IMG/VR virus record: IMGVR_UViG_3300044591_002420
Span: 61,004 to 125,003 of that record
Strand: one strand, 5' to 3'
DNA length: 64,000 bases
DNA from: a virus
The number at the start of each line of letters is the position of its first letter. Position 1 is the stretch's first letter. Shown here one piece after another: positions 41,385 to 50,377 of this stretch. The notes under the pieces are model-generated. The model searched no databases. It had not been told where the DNA came from and saw nothing but the letters and a program-made list of their open reading frames with translations. Made by a program: the position numbers and the translations under genes.

Positions 41385-41834
41385 ATGCGACTTGAAACCG
41401 TCAATCGTCATCTGGGAGAGATTGAGTGTATTATTCAATCGGTTTATAGTGCCGCGAAGTGTCATCTCCTCTCATCAGAACAGATCAACGCTGAAATTTA
41501 TCGGAGAGTTCTTGATACAAATAAGTATAAAAATCTTCCCATGTGGGCAAAAGATAAGGTGTATGATATTATCAAACATTTCAGGAAAAAAACAATAGAT
41601 ATGTATGTTCGGTTGTTTTATATTGGTCTGGATGATAGAAAGATTCCCACTCACAAAGCATGGGATCTTTTCACCGAAGAAGAGAAAGAATTGTGCCGAA
41701 CACCTAATGGCTTAGTAATCCATCATATTTGGATGAGAGAAACAATCCAAAGAAACGATGATGGAAGTGAGATTATCACTCTCAATCCTACTGATAAAGT
41801 ATATTGGTGTTCTAAGATTAAAGAAACAGAATAA
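41385..41834 (+). CDS. Hypothetical protein
   Basis: ATG after palindrome 41303 and a TTCTC leader. Confidence 0.7.
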   Translation: MRLETVNRHLGEIECIIQSVYSAAKCHLLSSEQINAEIYRRVLDTNKYKNLPMWAKDKVYDIIKHFRKKTIDMYVRLFYIGLDDRKIPTHKAWDLFTEEEKELCRTPNGLVIHHIWMRETIQRNDDGSEIITLNPTDKVYWCSKIKETE

Positions 41835-41841
41835 TAACATC

Positions 41842-42004
41842 AGCCAGGTTTAATCCCTGGCTATAAACTTATATTTTCTCTTAAAAATAGAATAGGTTTC
41901 CCGTATCTGTATTCTACTCATGATCCAACATCCTGTCAAGCATTCTTCCATAAGCATTCCTGATCGGTTAAGGGCTTGACGTGGGCATCAATCCGGTCCA
42001 TACT
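41842..42004. promoter_or_regulatory. Cassette D (ACGG RNA start 41904)
   Basis: Minus TTGACA(41934-39)-N17-TAGAAT(41911-16); plus TTGACG(41976)-N17-CATACT(41999). Confidence 0.85.
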
Positions 42005-42190
42005 ATGGAAGTCAACCGGAACCGAACCGATGGCCCAAACATTCCGCCCTGTCTGCGACATTCAGAGCAGAAATCCGTTCATGGTAGCGGTAGTCAAAGA
42101 TGATAAGAATCTTCTCATCGACAGTGAGCCTTCAGTGGTTCCGATGTCGTGGATTGCCGCTGAGTACGCTAAACAATATGGAAAAGTGAA

Positions 42191-42775
42191 ATGAGCAATA
42201 ATAAATTCCGAATCGTTAAGTATAACGGTTCCTTTGAAGAATGTGAAGTTCTTCAAGTCTGTCACTCGTATGAGGAAGCAGACCAAAGATTCCAATACTG
42301 GGATGATAAATATACGAACGATTATATTGAGAACGATTATATTGAGATTCTCACTCCAGAAGACTGGAGAAATTTTCAATTAGGTTCTAATCCCTTAGGT
42401 TCTAATCCATCATTGATGTTCCAAACAAGTTACACGATCACCGGCCGTCTTCAACGCCAATTAGCGGCAGTTGCTACTCCAATTGTCGAGGATTGGTTCA
42501 CAGATGTATTGATTCACGATACTGCCGCTGTCAAAGATATGGAAATTGGCGAAGTTCGTTTATGGGCACTTCGCAAAACGGGTACATGGTTGTGTACTCT
42601 GAAGCAAGATATTTCTGAGTATAACGAATTTTCTGGACTTATCACCAAAATTATGAAAAGACCCGATGAATATAATGACGGATATTATCATCTTTTTCTA
42701 TTGCATAAGATCTCAGCAGATAAGCTGAAGATCACACCGACAACTTATGAAGAAATGTCCTATGTGAATGTGTGA
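42191..42775 (+). CDS. Hypothetical protein
   Basis: Long co-directional ORF. Confidence 0.7.
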   Translation: MSNNKFRIVKYNGSFEECEVLQVCHSYEEADQRFQYWDDKYTNDYIENDYIEILTPEDWRNFQLGSNPLGSNPSLMFQTSYTITGRLQRQLAAVATPIVEDWFTDVLIHDTAAVKDMEIGEVRLWALRKTGTWLCTLKQDISEYNEFSGLITKIMKRPDEYNDGYYHLFLLHKISADKLKITPTTYEEMSYVNV

Positions 42776-42785
42776 GATAATAAAT

Positions 42786-42953
42786 GCCCCGGAGAAATCT
42801 GGGGTTTTTTATTGTTTATATTTTGATAAGAAAAATAGAATAGGATCTCCGTATCTGTATTCTAGTCATATTTTTATCGGTTGTCAAGGTCTGAACTGAT
42901 AAAATGTTCTTATCGGTTAAAGGGTTGACAGATTCCTAAAAGCGGTTTATTGT
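42786..42953. promoter_or_regulatory. Cassette E (ACGG RNA start 42852)
   Basis: Minus TTGACA(42882-87)-N17-TAGAAT(42859-64); plus TTGACA(42925)-N17-TATTGT(42948); terminator 42786-42810. Confidence 0.85.
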
Positions 42954-42983
42954 ATGAGAGTCAATCCATCAAGGCTCTCTCTC

Positions 42984-43523
42984 ATGTATAGTTCTCTCCG
43001 CGAAAAATGCAGGAATTATACTGGCAATGTTTCTCTCAGAAGGGAACGTCTTAATAATGGCGGATACACTAAAGATGGTGTATATTTTGGTGTCGGTGAT
43101 CGTCTATATTATATGGCAGATGAAGATGGAATTTATGATCATTATTTTCGTGCAACATGCCGAGAAGAAGCTATTGAAATCGGAAAGGTAACGTATCCTA
43201 ATGGCAAGTTTCGCAAATAATACTTTGTTACCGTAATTCATCCAATCGCATTTAATTCAATGTCAATTCGCTACACAATTCAACGATTCGCTGATTCTGG
43301 AAACTGGGCTGATCCAGAAGGAAACGAAGTGCGTCATTATTCCAATAAGAAAGAAGTCAATGATGATCTAGATTATTGGGCTGATGTAGTTGAACGTCAT
43401 GATGATCGGCGGGATGCTTATCTTATGGTTTGGTGTGGAGAATTGGAAGATGTAACCGATCAGTATCCAGATTTTAAGGTAACAATCGGCCCCCGTGGGG
43501 GTATCAATTGGGAATCATGTTGA
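42984..43523 (+). other. Two small early genes (42984..43220, 43260..43523)
   Basis: RLNNGGY..G.YFG and GPRGGI motifs. Confidence 0.7.
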
Positions 43524-43550
43524 ATTGAATAACAAATACAAACACATTTG

Positions 43551-43723
43551 CTAGGGTATAACAATACCTGACCTTATCTTATAGCCTTATATTTTGTTGA
43601 AAAAATGAGATAGTCTGTCCGTATCTCTATTCTACTGGTAATAATCCAGGTTGTCAAGGTCTGGAGTGATAAGCATTTCTGATCGGTTGAAGGCTTGACG
43701 TTTGCCGCTGGTGGGTCCATACT
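43551..43723. promoter_or_regulatory. Cassette F (ACGG RNA start 43622)
   Basis: Minus TTGACA(43652-57)-N17-TAGAAT(43629-34); plus TTGACG(43695)-N17-CATACT(43718). Confidence 0.85.
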
Positions 43724-43753
43724 ATAGAAGTCAACCAAACCGGAAGGTTTCCG

Positions 43754-44427
43754 ATGGACGCCACTAACCATCCCGAACCGCTTGATAATGTTTATGTGGA
43801 AGAAGAATTTGGTCATTATGAAATGACATTGCGGAGATTTTCGAGAGAGGATCTTATTCTTTTCTGCACTATTCTCGAAAATGCTGAACATAGGGGAGAA
43901 TCTAATGAATTCATCAATGGAACAAGACTTGAAATTGAATCTTTTATTATGGAGGTGAATTGATCTGTTTTCTTATTCTTATTCCATCGCAATTCTCATC
44001 ATGGCAATGTACATCAACAACGAAGAATTTTCCCAAACCACGTACTATGTTGGTGAATACCTATCTTTAGGTGATGTGAAGATCAATCAAGTCCAGGCAG
44101 ATGGGGACGAATTGTTGCTTTGTATGAGAATTTTAAGAATTGAAAAGATAGACAATAGAGTACACATATTTGTGGGTGATGAAGCCCGCGAAATTATTTC
44201 CAATTGGAATAACTATCAAAAGCTATATTCTTAACAATAACCATTCCATCGCAATTCTTCTCATGAACGCTTACAGCCTTTCCGCATCACAAGCTAGAGA
44301 AAAGATCATTGAATGGGGAGAAGAAATCTCTTTTGAGACTGTCTGTCGTGAAATTGTGTCACGAATGAGCGGCGATGAAGCCCGCGAATTTGTGGAGTAT
44401 TTTCATGATAATGTCCTGAACAACTGA
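43754..44427 (+). other. Three small early genes (43754, 44001, 44263)
   Basis: Packed ORFs; 44001 and 44263 have repeated GCAATTCT(C) leaders. Confidence 0.65.
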
Positions 44428-44635
44428 TCTAATTTCTTATTCCTTTGCAATTCTCATCATGACTTACATTCTCACAGGTGTTGATCGTTCGGGCAAGCGA
44501 TTCAGGAAAGAATCAACAAATTGTTATTATCTTTCCTGTCATAATGTATGGCGAGGAAACTTATGGGAGCAAGATCCCGTTACAGGAAAAAGAAAGAAAA
44601 TCAAATCTTGGTACAATTGAGTAACAAATACAAAC

Positions 44636-44815
44636 ACATTTGCTAGGGTATAACAATACTCTAGCATTTGTTATAGTCTTATATTTTGTTGAAAAAATAG
44701 AGTAGGCTTCCCGTATCTGTATTCTACTGACAATAATCCAGTTTGTCAAGATCTGGAGTGATAAAATGTTCTTATCGGTTAAAGGCTTGACGGTGGCCGC
44801 TGGTGGCTGTATATT
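44636..44815. promoter_or_regulatory. Cassette G (ACGG RNA start 44714)
   Basis: Minus TTGACA(44744-49)-N17-TAGAAT(44721-26); plus TTGACG(44787)-N17-TATATT(44810). Confidence 0.85.
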
Positions 44816-44840
44816 ATGAGAGTCCCGATGGATTCCTTCC

Positions 44841-45152
44841 ATGCGAAAGATTGAAAAAGAGATGAATCTTGCCATCGCTGAATATCGCAACTGGCAAGAA
44901 GGAAACACAAGAGTAGAGCATTTTCAGGAGAAAGTTTCAGTCTTTCTGTACAATCATCTTATTGCAGAAATCGGCGATAATTATATCATTCTCTATGATG
45001 GTGGTCACCGGACGGCAACAACAAAAAGCAGGCTTAACGCTATTCTTTCTGGGAATGGAAAAGGTGATGAAAAGGTATATCAAAAAGATCGTGAGTGGCG
45101 CATTTCTTATGATAAAAAGGATGAACCTTTCGTATCTGGAATGACAATCTAA
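44841..45152 (+). CDS. Conserved-type cyanophage early protein
   Basis: MRKIEKEM..AI...LYNHLIA...DGG..TATTKSRLNAIL. Confidence 0.8.
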   Translation: MRKIEKEMNLAIAEYRNWQEGNTRVEHFQEKVSVFLYNHLIAEIGDNYIILYDGGHRTATTKSRLNAILSGNGKGDEKVYQKDREWRISYDKKDEPFVSGMTI

Positions 45153-45174
45153 TTATTCTACATTCTCTACATCG

Positions 45175-45384
45175 GCTCCGGGAATATCTCGGAGCTTTTT
45201 TATTGTTTATATTTTCCTCTTAAAAACAGCATAAGTTCTCCGTAGTTATATTCTAGCTGATCCATAAATTCAGTCTGTATCAACCGATACAGTTTGAGGA
45301 ATTTTCATAATCAGCAGATCTTATGGATCAGATTCCTGAAATGGTATCAACCGATACAGACAGGATCTGTGAGCCGATTATGAT
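45175..45384. promoter_or_regulatory. Cassette H: divergent promoters with two NtcA-type boxes (ACGG RNA start 45243)
   Basis: GTA-N8-TAC at 45277-90 and 45344-57; each is 21 nt from a -10 box (minus TAGAAT 45250-55; plus TATGAT 45379-84). Confidence 0.65.
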
Positions 45385-45531
45385 TGATCCACGCCAACCC
45401 TAGGCTCTTTTTTGATATAGTAAATTGAATTGATTATTAGTTTGTTATTTGTTATATTATTATGGCTCCATAACCCCGCACCCATAGGGTGGAACCGTGC
45501 TAGGATCTGAGAGAACCTCAGGGAATCCCCT

Positions 45532-47097
45532 ATGACTCGCATCCTCTCCCCCCAGCAGGCCGCCGCCATCGCAGCCGCGATTAAATCAGCGCAACACCAG
45601 ATCATCCCGTCTGTGGCTGGGAGCGGGAAGACTACCGTATTGGTAGAGATTCCGCGTCTTATTCCTACAACAAAGACTGTAGCATTTTGCGCATTCAACA
45701 AGAATATCGTACAAGAGATTGAGTCCCGAATTGCACAGGAGATTAAATCAAGAATTGAACAATACAATAACGAGCAGGAATTTATGAACCCAATTGCAGA
45801 GTGTAATCTAGAGAATGTTAAGGTCGGAACCTTACACTCTTTCGGATTCGGCGCGATCCGTCGCGCTGTCTCCCGCGTCAAGGTTGACGGCAATAAGCTA
45901 AAGAATCTTGCCAGACAGGAATTTACCGGAGAGTATGAAAATCTCCAACAGTTTGTTATTCCTGCCGTCGCAATGGCGAAGGAAATCGGAATAGGTGCAA
46001 TCGTAGAAGATAATATAAAGAATTGGTCCGATATGTTGGATCACCACAATCTCTGGGATTCTCTGCCCGATAAGGTATCACCAGAACAGGGTATTGATGC
46101 GGCGCAATACCTTTTGCGATATAATAACAGTATTAAAAATGTTATTGATTATTCGGATATGATCTACTTTCCTGTTCTTTTTGGAATGAGAATCTGGCAG
46201 TATGATTATGTACTTTTAGATGAAGCACAGGATACTAATGGCCCCCGGCGGGCGTTAGTTAAAATGATGCTGAAGAAAGGCGGCAAACTTATAGCGGTGG
46301 GTGATCCACACCAAGCCATTTATGGCTTTACAGGGGCAGATAATAGGTCGTTAGATATTATTAAGGAAGAATTTAATGCTATTGTTACACCTTTGAGTGT
46401 TACATTCCGCTGTCCTAAAAAGATCGTATCACTCGCTCAATCATGGGTGAGTCACATTGAAGCCCACGGGGAGGCGCCAGATGGGATCGTTGACCGTTGC
46501 GAATTAGCTGAGATTGTTAAACTCACCAATCCTAAAGATGCGATCATTTGTCGCAACACCAAACCACTTGTGGAGCTTGCGTATAGCTTTCTCCGCAATT
46601 CTGTTGCATGTAAGGTAGAAGGTCGTGCAATCGGGGAAGGTTTAGTTAAACTCGCCCAGCGTTGGAAAACGCTAAAGAGTGTCGGAGAATTGAGTGCAAA
46701 AATATCTCAGTGGGCAGAAAGTGAGATTGAAAAGAATAAAGTTAAAGGTAACGATTCCCGTTGCCAAGTTATTGACGATCAGGCGAAAACGTTAGAGGTT
46801 TTTATTGATCAGTGTGACAGTTCCGATCCTATTAGCGTACTTGTGGAGAAGATTCGGTCTCTCTTCAGCGATACAGAAGGGGAGCAGAAAGTGCTCACAT
46901 TATCAACGATTCACAAGGCGAAAGGTAAGGAATGGGATAGAGTATTTGCGCTGGGGATGGATACTTATTCTCCATCAAAGTGGGCAAGGAAAGAATGGGA
47001 AGTGGAGCAGGAATATAATCTCTGTTATGTGCAAGTTACCAGATCAAAGCATCATCTCACTCTCGTCAATGTTCCAGTGAAAGTGAAGAAGTCATAA
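45532..47097 (+). CDS. UvrD/Rep-like superfamily 1 helicase
   Basis: AGSGKTT, AFN, GTLHS, LDEAQD, VGDPHQAIYGFTGA, TFRCP, STIHKAKGKEW, YVQVTRSK. Confidence 0.93.
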   Translation: MTRILSPQQAAAIAAAIKSAQHQIIPSVAGSGKTTVLVEIPRLIPTTKTVAFCAFNKNIVQEIESRIAQEIKSRIEQYNNEQEFMNPIAECNLENVKVGTLHSFGFGAIRRAVSRVKVDGNKLKNLARQEFTGEYENLQQFVIPAVAMAKEIGIGAIVEDNIKNWSDMLDHHNLWDSLPDKVSPEQGIDAAQYLLRYNNSIKNVIDYSDMIYFPVLFGMRIWQYDYVLLDEAQDTNGPRRALVKMMLKKGGKLIAVGDPHQAIYGFTGADNRSLDIIKEEFNAIVTPLSVTFRCPKKIVSLAQSWVSHIEAHGEAPDGIVDRCELAEIVKLTNPKDAIICRNTKPLVELAYSFLRNSVACKVEGRAIGEGLVKLAQRWKTLKSVGELSAKISQWAESEIEKNKVKGNDSRCQVIDDQAKTLEVFIDQCDSSDPISVLVEKIRSLFSDTEGEQKVLTLSTIHKAKGKEWDRVFALGMDTYSPSKWARKEWEVEQEYNLCYVQVTRSKHHLTLVNVPVKVKKS

Positions 47098-47122
47098 ATC
47101 ATACGAACAATTAGCTATTCTT

Positions 47123-47317
47123 TATCCCCGACTTAATTGTTGGGGATATTTTTATATCGGATGATGTGTTTGTTATATTATTATACTTTATGAAAAAACA
47201 GTACAGGGCTCCCGTTGATTTAATTATACAGCCGAGGCTGGCCATAGTCAAGGTCTGGAGTGATAAGCATTCCTGATCGGGTAAAGGCTTGACGGTGGCC
47301 GATGGTGGCTGTATATT
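47123..47317. promoter_or_regulatory. Cassette I (ACGG RNA start 47215)
   Basis: Minus TTGACT(47246-51)-N17-TATAAT(47223-28); plus TTGACG(47289)-N17-TATATT(47312); hairpin 47123-47147. Confidence 0.85.
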
Positions 47318-47554
47318 ATGGGTGTTCTAGACATTCCTGGCAGGTTGCCGGCTCCACCGATGCGATTCTCAACCCCACAAAAGATCTCCAAATTTTTCTA
47401 TCTGGGATTGAATCCTAATTCTTATGATGAGATTTTCGGATTCTCATTATTCAATTTCTACGTCGGATTCTACTACGAATCTGGCTGGTGTGCGGGATTT
47501 CTTGACGCGAACGGGTGCCTCTGAAAGTATTACAATCCTCTCGCAGTCTTTCTC

Positions 47555-47920
47555 ATGAAATCTCTCACTCTTCCCGTTGTTCTCACCACAACAAAAATAA
47601 CTGAAGATCAGTGGAAAGAGTTTATTTCTGATACAATCGGTGACATTTCTGGTGAAATGGTTACAGTTGGGCCATGGCAAGTTCCGGTTAAGTTTGTGGC
47701 TCTAGCAGCATCTTATAATTGGAAAAATAATTGTTACGGTGACTTTATTGAATCTGTTACGCTATATGGAAAGCGCACGCTATGCAGAGTAAAAGAAAGC
47801 GACTATAAGTTGGAGGGTATCGTTAGCATTAAAGGTGTGAAGAGGAGAGCCTATACTTCTTCCATTATGTTTGAACTTCCCGATGGTCGGCTATATAATG
47901 TGTCGACAATTCAGGTATGA
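47555..47920 (+). CDS. Hypothetical protein
   Basis: TTCTC-ATG leader; followed by a terminator. Confidence 0.7.
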   Translation: MKSLTLPVVLTTTKITEDQWKEFISDTIGDISGEMVTVGPWQVPVKFVALAASYNWKNNCYGDFIESVTLYGKRTLCRVKESDYKLEGIVSIKGVKRRAYTSSIMFELPDGRLYNVSTIQV

Positions 47921-47937
47921 AATAGCAAACACAAAGG

Positions 47938-47963
47938 CCCCGGTTTAATCGCCGGGGTTTTTT
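47938..47963 (+). terminator. Intrinsic terminator ending the early region
   Basis: CCCCGG-loop-CCGGGG followed by TTTTTT. Confidence 0.8.
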
Positions 47964-47964
47964 A

Positions 47965-48300
47965 TTGTCTTCTAATCTATTTGTTATTCTCTATAACAGT
48001 TTGTAGCATTTGATTGTATTGTTATATCGGTTGATGTGTTTGTTATGGTTATAACAAGTAATCTGTGTTTAATTGTTATTATTAACAGTGTCTAATGACA
48101 GTTGATTTGTTATTTTGTATGCTTATCGGCCCCGCCTAGCGATAATAATCCATAAGCCCCCCATAAGCCCCCAATAACCCCCAATAATAATCTGACCCTT
48201 TGAAATAATATATCAAATATCCATGGGTCCCCTACATCACCTTAAAATATACCGATACCATTTTTTCAAAAAATTTCCGCCGGCAAAAATTTTCCCAAAA
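47965..48300. repeat. Second non-coding GT-to-AC skew-switch block with short tandem repeats
   Basis: GT-rich tract, TTATCG..CGATAA hairpin, CCATAAGCCC/CCAATAACCC repeats, AAAAAATTT-CCGCCGGC-AAAAATTTT. Confidence 0.6.
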
Positions 48301-48463
48301 GGGTCAACTCGTTTCCATCACATAAGACAGATTAACATTCAATCCGATCCATAAATCAACAGAAAAATATAAATCCGTCTCTGGATCCGAAAGCATCATA
48401 TCAAGCCAGTATTCAAAATTTGTACCTACTTGATACCAGCCCCAATATATCTTCTCAAAGAAA

Positions 48464-48664
48464 TTATGTCTCATCTTTATTCTCCTTATCAACACATAAA
48501 AATTCTTGTCCTCTGGCCTCGGCATCCAATAACCGTTCAAATAAATCAAGTCCAGCTAGAATAACTTCCATTTTTGTTAATCCTGATCTATAAGCAGCGG
48601 AGGTCCATTTATTCATAGCTTCGTCGTTGAAAGTGATTATGAACTGATGTTTATACTTTGTCAT
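48464..48664 (-). CDS. Ribbon-helix-helix-like protein
   Basis: QFIITFNDEAM..AAYRSGLTKMEVILAGLDLF, similar to 32129..32359. Confidence 0.55.
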   Translation of the reverse strand: MTKYKHQFIITFNDEAMNKWTSAAYRSGLTKMEVILAGLDLFERLLDAEARGQEFLCVDKENKDET

Positions 48665-49008
48665 GATTGGTTTTGTTGATAATAATTTTTCGATAAATTC
48701 TCTAATTTCATTTTTGATAACTCCCGCCATTCGGAATCAAAAATTTCATAAAACTGTACCATTGGTGTACCATTAGAATCAAGAACACACCAATCAAAAA
48801 TTTTATAATCGTGATGTAATTCTCTGATACTCATTTCTTCATCTGTAACGATCATACTATACATATCACCATAATTACGAGAAGTCACATATACTGTAAT
48901 CTCATAATCTTCTGGAGATCTTCCTTCATAAGTAAAATTGTATTCACGATAATCTTTAAATTTTACCTTAACATCTCCAAATGTCTCAACAAATTCTTTA
49001 AGTTTCAT
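48661..49008 (-). CDS. Hypothetical protein
   Basis: Follows the minus-strand promoter TTGACA-N17-TATGGT at 49031-49059. Confidence 0.7.
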   Translation of the reverse strand: MKLKEFVETFGDVKVKFKDYREYNFTYEGRSPEDYEITVYVTSRNYGDMYSMIVTDEEMSIRELHHDYKIFDWCVLDSNGTPMVQFYEIFDSEWRELSKMKLENLSKNYYQQNQS

Positions 49009-49130
49009 TTTTGTCTTTTCGCCAAATACCACCATAACACGAAAACCTCTTTCTGTCAAGAGGTCCAGTGAACGAACTGACACACAGATTTTCTACATAG
49101 ATTGATTCAGTAAAAATCGTCTTTAATCTT

Positions 49131-49328
49131 ATGAAGGAAACCAAATATCACATCTATCTCAATAATAAATGTGTTAATTATAATCTATCTGAAGATGAAT
49201 TTAATAAAATCTGGAACGATTATCTACACATGGCGTCCATTCATAAAAATCTCAACAGAGAAGACCTATCTTATGAAGAGGTGGTGTTTGATAAATCAAC
49301 CTACTCTCTTCAAGGTACTATATACTGA
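49131..49328 (+). CDS. Small hypothetical cyanophage protein
   Basis: KYHIY...NLSEDEF...LSYEEV. Confidence 0.7.
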   Translation: MKETKYHIYLNNKCVNYNLSEDEFNKIWNDYLHMASIHKNLNREDLSYEEVVFDKSTYSLQGTIY

Positions 49329-49353
49329 GCACTGAAGTTTATAAAGGTGAAAC

Positions 49354-50238
49354 ATGAAAGGTTTTAAAGTGAAAGCGGTAGAACCGGTTCAAGAGGATAT
49401 GGACACTCTTATTGAACGAGCGAAGAATAAACTAAAAGGAAAGACGATCGTATTCTGTCTTCCCGGTAGATCGGTTTCTTATACATTCTTGAAGAATTTT
49501 GTTCAGTTATGTTTTGATCTTGCTGGTAATGGTACTGCATTTGCCATTCAACAAGATTATTCTTCCATGGTGAATTTTGCTCGTTGTAAATGTCTTGGAT
49601 ATAATGTAACCAGAGGTAAGTTTCAGATTCCTTGGGACGGTAGATTACATTATGATTATCAAATGTGGATTGATAGTGATATCGTCTTTAACAGTTCCGT
49701 TTTTTGGAAATTGGTTGATACTGCCATTTTTAACGAAGAGAAAGCCGATAACAGAAATTCAGAACAATGGCCGCTAATGAATAAGACAGAAGAGGAATTA
49801 GATTCCATCGGTCGTTGGAATGAAGCTGTTCGTAAAGAAAGAATTCAACGACTCAATCTAAAATGTAATCCTGTTACCAGTGGTTATTATGCCACCGAAG
49901 ATCGCACCACCGTTCCCGTTGCACACTGGATCTACGATGGTGAAGAATTTATTCGCAATGGTGGTATGATGAAATCAGAAACACTAGAATCAATGGCCGC
50001 TCGTAAAAAACCATTTACTTGCGATTACGTTGGTTTTGGATTCGTATTAGTGGCTCATGGTGTTTTTGAAAATATGATCTATCCGGTCTTTGGCCCTAAA
50101 TTACAAGCCTACGATAATGGTATTGAAGACTTCTGTGGTGAAGACGTTGGTTTCTGTCTAGATGCAAAGGAACTCGGAGTTGAGATTGTTGTAGATCCCG
50201 CTGTACGAGTTGGTCACGAGAAAATGGTTGTGCTCTGA
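49354..50238 (+). CDS. GT-A fold glycosyltransferase-like protein
   Basis: WIDSD (DxD), GFGFVLV, GEDVGFC, VRVGHEK. Confidence 0.75.
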   Translation: MKGFKVKAVEPVQEDMDTLIERAKNKLKGKTIVFCLPGRSVSYTFLKNFVQLCFDLAGNGTAFAIQQDYSSMVNFARCKCLGYNVTRGKFQIPWDGRLHYDYQMWIDSDIVFNSSVFWKLVDTAIFNEEKADNRNSEQWPLMNKTEEELDSIGRWNEAVRKERIQRLNLKCNPVTSGYYATEDRTTVPVAHWIYDGEEFIRNGGMMKSETLESMAARKKPFTCDYVGFGFVLVAHGVFENMIYPVFGPKLQAYDNGIEDFCGEDVGFCLDAKELGVEIVVDPAVRVGHEKMVVL

Positions 50239-50377
50239 TGTACTGGAACATTTATTACGACAATAAGCTTCTTCACGAAAGAGTAACAGACGAAGAACGC
50301 AAAACGATACAGCTAGCATTAATGGAAAAAGTCACAGATGGAGAAATGAACGTTACACTTATTAAAATGGAGGTAGT

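Larger units (their letters stand above)
538..49083. promoter_or_regulatory. Dispersed family (~33 copies) of a 22-bp palindromic early-promoter element, consensus about GTGACA-STT-N4-AAS-TGTCAC/TGTCCA
   Basis: Copies start at 538, 3046, 6949, 7966, 12811, 15481, 16640, 17356, 18337, 19084, 20520, 22796, 24147, 25343, 25900, 26710, 27085 (half), 28229, 28683, 29850, 30901, 31724, 35566, 36286, 36526, 36589, 36700, 37548, 39203, 39747, 40920, 41303, 49062. A -10-like hexamer follows 30-31 nt later in most copies checked (591, 22848, 29902, 31777, 37600, 40972, 41355); the spacing does not hold at 36589 and 49062. Confidence 0.85.
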
